Source of the DNA: an uncultured Planctomycetales bacterium
GTDB lineage: Bacteria > Omnitrophota > Gorgyraeia > Zapsychrales > CAYRXT01
Assembly (NCBI GenBank): GCA_964428315.1
Contig: CAYRXT010000013.1
Span: 1-62,513, forward strand
Reading direction: 5' to 3'
Length of the DNA stretch: 62,513 nt
Shown piece after piece: positions 12,201 to 24,200 of this stretch (position 1 is the first letter of the stretch; every line of letters begins with the position of its first letter). Below the pieces are notes generated by a model. It did not search any database and was not told the DNA's origin. It was given only the letters and a program-made list of their open reading frames with translations. The position numbers and the translations under genes were made by a program.

Positions 12201-15200
12201 GCGAGGACAACCAGGTCCTGTATGTCCCCGTGGAAAGCCTGCCTAATTGCAAATGGAATTACGGTATAAAACTTTATTATTTGCAGTTCTTTTTCAGTCC
12301 GGCCGGCCAGACGCCCATCAGGGCCAGGATTAAAGAGATCGAGTTTGTGCCCAAGGCGGGGACGGCTTGCTCGGAGAGCCGCCCGATATCGTCTCAACCG
12401 GGTGTGTCAGAAGCGGAGACCGGAAAAGAAAACGCGTCCGCCCTTTACGCCGGCTTCGGGTTTGGGTGGATCAAGAAACTGTGGGCGGCGGTGGCGATAG
12501 CGGCGTTCATGTTTACGGCCTCGCCGTGTCTGGCCGGCGTTATCATGCCGCAGAAACAGCAGGGGATGTGGGAAGGCCGGGTGCAGGGGATGATTATGAC
12601 AATCCTGGGATTGTTATGGATTTATAATATTTGGAAAAAGCGGATAAGAGAACGCAAGATTTTGGAGAAGATGCAAGAAGCGGTCGATGATTCGGATTCA
12701 GGCTTGATGTCCGCCTTCTCCGACGCCGAGGCGCTCCTCGCCCTCCTCGCGGCGGCGAGGAGGATGCGGGCAAAAGTCTTGTCATTGCGGGGAGCCGCCG
12801 GGACATTGTCGCGCGAGATCGCCGTCACTGCGAGCGACCAAAGGGAGCGAAGCAATCTTTGTCAGAATGTAATTAATGTAATGAATGAGATTGCTTCGCT
12901 CTTCCGGACTCGCAATGACAGAAAGATTAATAAGCTGCTGTCCAGATTCTTGTCATTGCGAGCGACCAGCGGGAGCGAAGCAATCCCTGCTATTGTGAAG
13001 GCTTCTTCCCCTACGATTCGGCATTTGTCTGGCGCTTGGGATTCGGTATCGGGGATTTTGAAATCCGTGATGGCAGTTCACTTTATCGGGAGGCTGCCGG
13101 GCGCTTTGTTAACCTCTATCCGTGGCTGGTGGAGACAAAGACCGCGTAAACCGATAGCCTCCTTCCACTTTATTAGGTCAGGAGGGTGCGAAAGCTCGCA
13201 GTATTCGGATGCGTATTATGCTTCTTCTTTTGGACTGCTGGAATTCCTGCAATCGGCAAGTGGGCTCTTGCATATGGCACGTGTTGTTATTCAACGACTT
13301 GGCGGGGAAGAGAATCGGGTGACAATGGATCATGTCCATTATACAAGTAATGATGTGCAAAAAATTGATGAGCTGGCGGCTCATTTTAAAGAGAAAAATG
13401 CGGCCTGTACTGTACGGTATTGGAAGCAAGGAGGAAAGGCCGTCAGGGTTATGAGTCTTGAGAAGCCTTTGCAGCACGGTTCAGAACTTGGGGTGAAGAC
13501 GGTGATGATAACAACCCTGGACGGCGGGGAGGCGTGTGGAACGGAAGGGGGTTCATGGCAGGCCGGATTTTATTACAGGGGAAAGGCCGGGGATCTGAAA
13601 TTGCCGGAACCGTGGGGGGGTGTCGCTTATAAGGGATCGTCGTATGAGGTGAAAAGGAGAAATCCTTATGCGATTGAGGTGGAGAGCGGGGCAGACTTGT
13701 TCGTTATCAGAAGCCTGCCGCTGTGCGGAAAAGAGAAAGAAATCAAATTGATCAAGGCTCACATGGGCATGGTCAGGAAGATTGCTGCTAGTTCTGGCGG
13801 GAAAAAAAGAGCGGGCTTCAACGAGCTTGTTGCCGCGGGAAATTTGGGGCTGACAGAGGCCGCAAAAGCATTCGCCGTGGAAATAGGAGTTCAGTTTTAC
13901 ACATTCGCAGTCAGACGAATAAAGGGTGCAATAACAGATTATCTGAGAGCCCTAAGCTGTGGGAAAAGGAAGAGTCATGAATGGGTAACAAAGGACCTTA
14001 ACCCCTTTATAGAGCAGTTTGCCCAGGAGAACAGCCGGTTGCCGACGGAACAGGAGATCCTGGAAGGCTTGGGATGCACCGAAGCAGAGTCGCGCTACAG
14101 GATTGAAACCAGTTCTTTTCAATGGCCTAGTTTGCAGGATTCCTTTAGGAATAGCAAAGGCGAGGAATGCAGATCAATAACAATGGCGGATCGCATTCCT
14201 GACGGGTCTGTCGAATCACCCCTGGCTCACATGATTCATAAGGAGGATATGCGAAGAATTTGGAAAGCTTTTAAAGAAGTGGGAGGCAGGCAATGGAAGA
14301 GAAACAAGGAAATATTTATAATGTATTTTTACGACGGCCTCCCGTGTTGGGAAATCGCAGATTATTTTGGGCTAACAGAATCTGCGATCTCTTTGATTAT
14401 TACAAAAATAATAAAAAGTCTGCGAAAAACACTGGGGCGTGAAGACAGGGACGACGATCGGCCCGGCAGTCTGGATGCGACAGCCATGAAGGATTTGGCG
14501 GCGCGGCTTCTAGAGAGCGCGCTGAGAGGCTTCGGACAACCGGACCGCACTGTTCAAGAGGAGCGGGAAGGAATAATCCTAGAGCTTTTTTCAAATGTGA
14601 AAGGTGAAAAATCGAAAAGAGCCTTGATGATCATGAAAATGTTATATTTAGACGAATTACCACCGAAGCAAATCGCAAATCATTTTGAACTGACAACAGC
14701 CTGTATCAATGAGATTCGGGAGCGAATGATAGATGGAATAGAGATGGAAATATGGCGCCGGGAAGACAATAACGAGGAGGCCCAGAGTTTGACAGGACTA
14801 TTCCCCGTTACCGGCGACGGGCTGGCGCTCGCCATGGCCGCGGCGGTCATTCTCCTGGCGCGGCTGGTGTACGGTGTGCGCGCGGCCGGGAGATCCGCCG
14901 CGCTGGCGTACGGCATGGATGTCTTTGTCAAGGCGGTCAACGCGTTCAGCCTGCGCGGGGCGGACAGAGAAAGACTGGCCCGCGCGCGCGTCCTGGTCTT
15001 GGCCGGCGGCAGCGGCGCGGGGCGCTCCCATATCATCAGTCTTCTGATCCGGAACGGGAACGCCGGCCGCGGCAGGGAGGCCCGGCACCTGAGGCTCGTC
15101 ACCAGTCGGCCGGCCAGGAGCAGTGGAGATGACAAGGAATGCGTGTCCATGTTCCGTTTCCTTAGGATGATGTTCGGCGGAAAGCTTGTGGACGTTCGGT

Positions 15201-18200
15201 TCCATTGGGAAGAGCTGGCCTTCTACGCGTTCAGGAAAGACGCCATCCTCCGGGACGGCGAGGATGAGACCGTCTGGCTCGCGGACGTACTGAGGTTCGA
15301 AAGCTTCCTCAAACTCCAAAAGATCTTCCCGGACATCGCGCTGGTCTACATCTCTCCGTTGCCCGTCGAAGAGCTGGAAGACGGCACGGCGGCGCTGGAG
15401 GCCGAGCTGACCCGGCGGCTCAGGGCCAGAAACGGCGGCATGACAGAGGAAAAGATCAGGCGCAGGGTCCGTCTGAGCACGGTTGAGTATCACAAGTTTA
15501 TGCGGCATATGGATGAAAACAGCGGTGGCGTTATCTTCATCAACACGATCCCCGGCCCGGGCGGATGGACGATGAAGAGAAAGATAGCTGATTTTCAATA
15601 TTCATTTCCCGCGGCTGTCCGGCCTCCTGCGCCACTGCCCAACGGGCCGGAGGCTTCAATGACCCGGGACGGGCCCAATGCCGGGACACATCCGGCGAAA
15701 AGATGGGTGCGGGAGCCCGGCACCACCGGATTTCATGAAGGCCACGATCCCTTGGCCCATCATTGGCAGACTGCAAACAATAACTATATAGGTTTGAACC
15801 ATGCTTTTGACGCCGTGAATGGCAATGACGATAGAACTCCCGCCGGGGGGGGGATTGATCCTCTTGAGGGCGTCCGGATGATCCGGGCGGCGTTGCAAAA
15901 TCAGTATGGGGATGCGTCTCGGCGGGACGCCGCCCGCCCGGACGGTCTTCACAGCCTCCTCTTCTGGGGCGGGATGCTGGCGACCGGGGTCTTCTTCTAC
16001 CGGCTGGTCCGCTCTTCGCTGTTAAAGGACTCCCTGCTTGCAGGGCGAGTTCTCACTCCGACGGTATCGCTGGCCGGGCTGGCCGACCGGTTGTTATTCA
16101 GGAAGATCTGGAAAAAGTTCGGTGAAGGCAGCGCCTTCGTGGCGACCTTGAACACGTTCCGCAGGATACCAAGGCTCGGGCTCTTCCTTTTGGTCATCTC
16201 GGTCACCGTCGCGCTGGTGGGGAGCGCGCTTTCGGAGAGAAAGAAGAGATCTGTCCCCCTGCAACCTTCCGAGAAGGTTGAGCCCGCGCGGAGCGCCGGC
16301 ACGGCGCTGAGGAGCGTTGATGCGCTGAGCGGGATTATATTTATTGGATTAGCGGCTGTGACCGTGCTCATGGCCTGGTTCATTTCGATGTGGGAAGACT
16401 GGAAGCCGGCCCGGAATCGAGCGGTGAAGTATGCGCGCGTTACGGCAGGGTACGTGGTCATTATCGGTCTGGGCGCGTGGCTGACGGATAACTTGTTGGT
16501 GATGTTACTATTCAGTTCCATCGGGTATGGATTTTTATATACATGCTTCAGTGAATCGGGAGACCGTGGAGCAAATGACAGAAAGGTTTACACAATTTCC
16601 GATTTGATATTTGGGATTGGGAATTTGTCCGGTGCCCGGGATTGGTTTTTTGGGATTTTGAAACCCGCCTTGAGGCCCCTGAGGCGGATGGTCCCGGCTT
16701 TGAGCTCCCGCGTCGCGGCGGTGTTGGCGTTCCTGACGTCCTTCTTCTTCAGCAGTGGCCTGCTGGCGGCCGGAAAGCAGGCCGCGCGGTCTTCCGGCCT
16801 GGAAGGCCTGGTGATCCTGCTGGCGCTGGGCGTGGTCGCGCTGGGGATGTGCCGGTATCATGCGGCAAAACATGAAGAGGCGCCGGGCCTCTCCGACGCC
16901 GGCGAAATCATGCGCCGCTGGCTTTACGGACGGGAAGACCTCCTCGCGCTTGCCGGCGGTGACCCTGAGACCGCCGAGGAGGTCCTCAAGACCATCGAAC
17001 TGCTTACTGCCGAAGCGTCCGCGGCCGGAAAGAATATCCACCGGCAGGACGAAGAAGGGTTCACGGGAGGCCGGGACCGGTTCAGCGATGATTTGCAAAA
17101 CCGGGGTGTTTCCCATGGAGAACTGCTCGCGCTCATGGAGTCTCTCAGGGAGAAGGCGGGCCGGGCCGCCGCAACCGGGGTGGAGTTGAAGGAGGAGGCG
17201 GACCTTGTGCGGTGCGGCCAGGAGGCGCGGACCGGCGTTTCCATGGCGAAATGGATCGGATGGGCGACTATTGCCGCCGGGCTCGTCGGACTGTTCGGCC
17301 GGCTGGCGCTGACCGGAGTGGTGGAAGCCGGCATCTCCTGGCTGGCCGGCGGCATAATTGTGGCCGGGGCGGCCACAATTCTCCTGGACCTGGTTGTCCT
17401 GGGGTGGGACGGTTTCGTTGAGAGCCTGAAGGAAGAGAGGGCCGCAGAAGATGTCGGGGCGCGCCGGACAGCCCGGCTCCTGAAACGGGCATGGCTGACC
17501 GCCGGTATTATATTCCTGGCCTTTCTGGCGGCGGCGGCCCTGACGGTGCCGGGGCTGTTCGGGGAAGCGATGGCGGGTGCGGCCGTCCAGAAGGCGGCCC
17601 TTTCGTCGGGCATCCTGGGGCTTATCAGCATCGCCGTGGGCCTGGGATACGGGAAGGCCGAAGAAGGCTCGTTCCAGATGAACCTGCGTTCGGGGCGGTT
17701 GTTCCGGTTCTTCATGTTCGCCTTGGCGGCGTTCATGGCCGGGTCCATGGCGGTGGACGCGGCACAGGCCTTTGCCGCGGGCCCGGCGCCGGACGCGGAC
17801 GGCGGCGCGGATGGTGACGGGGGGCTGTCCCCGTCAGGGGACCCCTCCGAAGGAGGAGCTGTGTCTCCGGCAGAAGGCGTAGTGCCGGCTGTGGACCGTC
17901 CTCAGCCGGACACGCCGCGGGAGGAGGGGCCGGAAGAAATGGCGCTGACGGATGCCCCTGCGAAAGAGCCGGTCTCCGTTGTTACGCAGGAGACGCGGGT
18001 GAATCCGGCGCGGGATCCGGAAAAGGCGTCCGCTCCGGACGGTACCAAAGGCACAGTCATATCCGCCGGAGATGACGGCGGGGATTCCTTCCTGTCGCGC
18101 GCGCGGGATTTTGCCGCGAAGGTCTGGGACGGCGTTTCTTTTGTGGGCACTGCCGCGGCGGCCGAATCCTCCCCGGCGGCCGGGCCGCCTTCGCCGCCTT

Positions 18201-21200
18201 CGTCGCCTTCGCCGCCTTCGCCGCCTTCGCCGCCGAAGAGGCCGCGGGATAAACCGACGGACGCTGCCGTTGCTGTGGAAGCGTCCGGCTTCTGGGCCGC
18301 TGTGGCCGCGGACAGTGTTTACACGCCGGAGGACGTCGCGGCGATGGCGCGCGCGACCGACAGCCTGTCTCGCGCCAAGGGCATCCCGGACAGCGATGAC
18401 TTTAAAAGACTTCTGGCGCCGGCCCTGCGGACGGCCGCGACCGCGCGGGATTCGCTGGAGGCGGTCAGGGCGCTGTTCATTCCGCGGGGAGCGGGGGCAT
18501 TCAGATTTCCGGACGAAGAGGTCCTTATTGCGCGGTCTTTTGCCGCGCCGCTGGCCGCGACAGACAGCCTGCGAAGGATCTTGAGCGGAGAACAAGGGCC
18601 GGAAGGGGTCATGAAATTTCTGGGCGAAGGCTGTATTTTAACCGTGTCTTACGCCGGGGCGGGCCTGTCGCGCGTAATGGCGGAGACCGTGTTTGAAACA
18701 AGGGTCATGGTTCTTCCGGGGCATAAATGTCTTTTCGTGAGCCTGCCCGGAGAAGAAGAGGGCTTTGTCTTTGACAGCGCGCTGCTGACAACCGGCCCGG
18801 TCTTCCGGCTGGCACAGTACACGGAGAAGAAAGGGGAGACCTATTATTTCAAAGAGGCGTTTTATGCCGATGTCATGCCCCGGGGATGGGCCGCCTACAA
18901 GGAGAATTTTACGAAATTCCGGCTGGGCCGCGTTGAGAAATTCGCGGCAGGCCTTTTATACAATATCGGCCGTTATTACGACGATCATTATGACTTTGCC
19001 GCGGGGGCGGATTATTTCAGGCGCGCGGCGGCGGTTGATCCGTCGGACACCGAGGCGTGGCATTTGCTGGGCGAAAGCTATCTGGAATTAGGAGAGCTTG
19101 GGCACGCGGTCGCATCCTTCAGGCGGGCCTTCGCGGCGGATCCGCTCCTGCTGGAGAGCTGGCATAACCGCGGAACCATGTTCTATCTTTCTGAGAATTA
19201 TGATAAAGCCGCGAAATATTTCCTGGTTGTTTCGTCGGTGGCCCCGAAGACCACCGGCCTCTGGTCCTCCCTGCTGGCCGGCGGCGTTTACACGCCGGAG
19301 GACGTCGCGGCGATGGCGCGCGTGACCGACAGCCTGTCTCGCGCCAAGGGCATCCCGGACGCGGATGACTTCAAAAGACTCCTGGCGCCGGCCCTGCGGA
19401 CGGCCGCGACCGCGCGGGATTCGCTGGAGGCGGTCCGGAGTGGCTTCGCGTCCCGGGGCCTCGAGCAGAGGCTCGGCGCCTACAACACCGGCGAACACAT
19501 GTCCCTCTTAAAGACCTTCGCCCTTCCGCTGGTCCGGGACGACAGCCTCCGGGCGTTGCTGGCGGACCCGGCCCGGACGGACGAGATAATACAGTACACA
19601 GGCGAGGGCTGTGCCCTGGACATGCCTTACGCGGGCATCACGCTGAAACGTTTTCTGGAAGGCACCGGATTCGAGGTCAGGAAGATGAAACTGCCGGGGC
19701 ATGTCTGTCTGTATGTCATCCTCGGCAAGGATTACGGCTTTATCTTTGACAGCTTTCACCGGACGTTCAGCCCGCCTTTCCGTCTGGAGCAGTACACGGA
19801 ACGCAGAGGAGAGGGGCCGGTTTATTATTTCAAAGAGGCGTTTTACGCCGATGTCATGCCCCCGCGCTGGAAGCCCTTTAAAGACGAGCTGATCAAATTC
19901 ACCCTCAGCGATCCCGGGACGTTTCCCGGGGACATGCTGGGGAACCTGGGCGTCGGCTATTATGCGGACAAAAATTATGAAGTGTCGCTGGAATATTTCG
20001 CGGCGGCTTCGGCCCTCGATACGGCCGAAATGGTTTACGCGCGCGGGACGGCCGACGCGTATTATGCGATGAAGGAAAACAAGCAAGCGGAGTATTACTA
20101 CCGCAGGACGCTGGAACTGGACCCCGATAACCTGGGGGCGTTGTACACCATCGGGGTGATGTTCGAGGAAGCGCGTGAATATGAACAGGCGGCGGCATTC
20201 CTTTCAAGGGCCCTGGACCAGGACTCCACGGACGCGGACGTGCTCGAATACCTGGGGCGCGCCTGCTATTACCTGGATCAGGATACACTGGCGGCCGGAT
20301 ACCTTGAGAGGGCCCTCGCCGAGGATCCCGCGGACGCGGACGTCCTCAAGTATCTGGGCATGACGTATTATTATATGGATAGAAACGCGGAGGCGGCGGG
20401 GCTTCTGGAGAGGGCCGCTGCCGCCGACCCCGCGAGTTCCCTGATCCGCAGGTTCCTCGGGCTGTCCTATTTCTATCTGGACCGGCCGGCGGAGGCGGTC
20501 ATCCGGCTGAAGCAAGCCCTGGACATGGTCCCCGGCGACGTTGAGGCCCTGACCTATCTGGGGCACGCGTATCTGGAGATGGATGAATACGAAAAGGCGG
20601 CGGATTATTTCGGGAAAGCCCTGGGGATAAACCCCGGCGACAAAGACTTGCAGGAATACTGGATCGAGGCCCGGGGGAAAATGAACGAGGATGGCTGGGC
20701 CGCGCCCGGTTCCGCGGATTCTTCCGGGACGAATAACCCGCGGGATTCGTCAGACACCCGGCCCTATTCGCTCCTCACCGTGCCGGAAGGCTGGGATGGC
20801 GGCGGGCGGACCTTCCGTTCGGCCGTGGTCCGGCGGGACGGGCGCTATGTCATCCAGGAAGAGGATCCGGCCGGGCTCTTCGCGGACATCCAGGCGGCGC
20901 TGGACCAGCTGCCCCATCTCTGGCCCCGGGACGTGCGCGGCCCGCCGGAGAGGTTCGAACTTGTGCTCACCGCCGACCGCCGGAAGCTGGGGACCGACCC
21001 CGAAACCGGCCTGACCTGCGCCGCATCCTCCGATACTGTCCGCGACACCGTTTATGTCCACCCGTACCTCAGGGACATCCTGCACGACACCGGAAGAGAG
21101 CTGAAAAACAACGAGAGTTTACGCGAACTGTACTTCCTGTTTTCCGGCCATATCGGTGTCAGTCATATTTACTACGACATATTTACCGAGAATCTCCTGA

Positions 21201-24200
21201 TCGAAATCATAACGCACGAGCTGTTCCACCTCGCCGAAGACATGGACGAGCCCGAGGCGCTGGAACTGACCTGGAGGTTCAGGGAAAACATTCCCCATTC
21301 GGTCCGGGTCGCCCTGAAGCCGTCCCTGACCGCTTTCGGTGAAAGCGACACGGTGTATCTTTCTCCGAGGATTCACATCAGCATGAAAGACAGGGTGAAG
21401 ACAAGGCCGCAGGACAGGGCATTCGCGCGTGACGTGTCCGACATCCTCTACGGAGCCTGGCTGGATTCCTTTACGGCCGGGAACGGGCCGACCATCGGCA
21501 ATAACGGGGTGATTTTGCGTTTTCTGGAACGGAAAGGGAATGAGGGCATTGAGAACATGACCTTTCTGCCCGAGATGACCCCGGAGGAAACGGACACGCT
21601 GTTAAAGATCACCGCCCCCGGCGGCGTTAGAAGCTGGGAGACGCTGGCTGTTATCATGCGGGATAAAAAGGTGCGCGAACCCGCCCTCGTTGCTGCGGGG
21701 TTATATCCGGCCCTCTTCGGCCCGTCGTTGTATTTATACAGCCGGGCTTTTATCGCCGGGACGGACATCGTCGCCGGCGAAGACGGGGCGCTGAAATGGA
21801 CGGCCATGGTCACGCAGGACATGGCCGAAAAAGCCAGGGAGACTCTCAATGACCATAACCGGAACGGGCGGTTCGACCAACTGATCCCGTTTGTGCGAGA
21901 GACGGATTTGAGGATGACCGCGGCCGGCGAAGAGACGCAGGCGGACAGCGCGTCCGCCCTGTGTCCGCTGGCCCCGGAGCTGGCCCGCAACCTCCTGGTC
22001 CAGGTTATCCGTTTCCACGCGGCGAATCTCAGACGTGACGAATATGTTTCCGAGGCCGCGCTCTCCACGCCGGGCCCCGTCTTCGTCGAGCGGGGCATGG
22101 CGCATCTCGCGAACGTCCGCTGGCTCCTCGCGGACCTCTACCGTCCCGTCCTCGTCGAAAACACGCCCGATTCGGCGGTGCTGAGCGTCCTGACGACGCG
22201 GTTCGCCGAAAGCGCGCGGCTGGTTGTTTACGGCGGCGAAGGGCAGGAGATTGTGTCCCTCGAGCTGAACCCCGGAGACAACAGGGTCGTCCTCACGTGG
22301 TCTTCGCCAAACATGAAAGACGCGGACCGGGCCGTGGTGTGGCGCGACGGCCTGCCTTTCAGGGAGATCCGTTTCAAGAGGCCCGAGCCGGCCGATACCC
22401 GCGATACCCGGAAAAATGGCCCCGCGCCCTCGCGTCCGGACGAAACAGGCGCCCTCATCCCGGCAGAAGAAAACAGAAAGGAAGAAGGACTCGCGGCCGT
22501 TCTCGACCACGCGCTGGCCGGCGAGGAATTCAGGATGACCGCCACGGCGTCGCTGGACGGGGCCGCGGGCGCTCTCAACGACCTGGCCCGTTCGAAATGG
22601 CCCCTGCGTTCGGCCCTGCGGTCAGGCCGTCTTTATGTCAGGGAGAGCTGTCTTGATTCCGCGGGCATGAACAGCGAATTCCGGTTTTATGAGCAAGAAC
22701 TCGGGAGGTTCAAGGACCTCGGTTTCGCGGTCCTCTTCGACAACGCGGCGAAGGAGCCGCTGGAGACTGTCGTCGGCCGGATAGACGATGTGTATTTCGA
22801 TGATACGGCGGCCGCCGGCTTTGAATTTGTCGACGCGTCCCTGCTGACCGACTGGGAAGGCTTCACGCCGGGTGAAGCCGGGCTGTTTGACTCCCCGCAG
22901 ATCCAGGCGGCCGCCGAAGAGGTGTTCGATGAATGGTTCCGTTCCCTGGCCGGGAAGAAAGAAGAGGACCGGACAAGTCGCGTCTTGATCAGGCAGTACG
23001 AAATGCAGACGGGGCGCAGGGCCTCCTTCCGCGGCCTGGCCGGCTGGATAAAGGAGGGGAAACTGGAGCCGCACAGGGGCATGGATGTCATCACCGGAGA
23101 CAGGCGTTCCCCGCGCGGGTTACTGCGCGGCGCGGTGATACAGGCACTGCTGGAGATGATCGCGGACAACACAGGTTATAAAGACGACGCCTTTAACCCG
23201 CTGTCGATGCTGAGGGCTCACACCGACGGAAATTATTACCGCGACTGCGTGGGGTCCTGTATCCTGTTCATGCTCGGGGCGCGGCAGTTCGGAGGGCTTC
23301 TCGACAACTGCGAGATTTTTGTCCTTTACAGGGAAGACGGCTTCCATCCGGTGGTCATCGTCAGGGAGGAAGGGCGCTTGGCGTCCGTCCTCGAACCCCA
23401 GACGGCCCAGCAGTGGGACCGGTTCAGCGACGACGGCTGGTATGCCGCGATGGGTTTTGACTCGGTCGGGGTGAGGATATTTGACCCTGAGAACAGAACT
23501 TTTGCGGACACTATGATGGGCCTGCGGGAATTTGAAGAGCGGTGTCTGAGCGGCCGCGGCAGGGCGGACAACTTTTACGGGCTCTCTTCTCCCGTGGACA
23601 TGAACGGCCTGATCGCCTGGAGATACGCGCTGGCCGGAGATAAATATTATAAGAGAGGGGACTTCCTCAAGGCCCGGGATTATTACGGCCTGGCCCTGAA
23701 GGTCTCGCCCGGCGACGAGTACAGTCAAAAAATGTCCGCGCGAGCGCGAGACAGAACGTCTTCGGCGCCGGCCGTGGAAAGCGGGATGCCTGAGTTTCAG
23801 ACTGATTTTGCATTTACCCCGGTAGGCGGGATCCCCGTAAGGAAGGAATGGAGCAGGTCCGAATTATACCGTCTGGATTTCCCCGATCATATGCTGATGA
23901 TCGATCTTGTCCAGGGCCGCTTTGAAGAGGCCATGCTGAGGATGGAATCCGACCTCTTCCTGGCCGGGCTGGCCGGAGAGGTAGACAAGGTGGTCGCGGC
24001 CAAGCTTCATTTCCTGGAAAAGGCTTTGGATGAATTTTTAGGCATGAGGGAGGATGTCACCGCACAAATCAAAGAGTACTTGAGGGCTTCCGGCGGGGAG
24101 AACGGCATAGAAAGCGGGCAGGCCAAAGACAGCCGGTATTTCGCCCGGCGCCTTTTGGCCAGACTGAAAGACATGGATCCGGACGTGCCGGATGAGGCAC

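Noticed and set aside
1-13066. Possibility that the interspersed repeats are a CRISPR array.
   Set aside because: Repeat units are about 260 bp with internal hairpins, far longer than the ~20-50 bp typical of CRISPR repeats. Spacing is irregular (1.3-3.6 kb) and the spacers are protein-coding modules. No cas genes are present.
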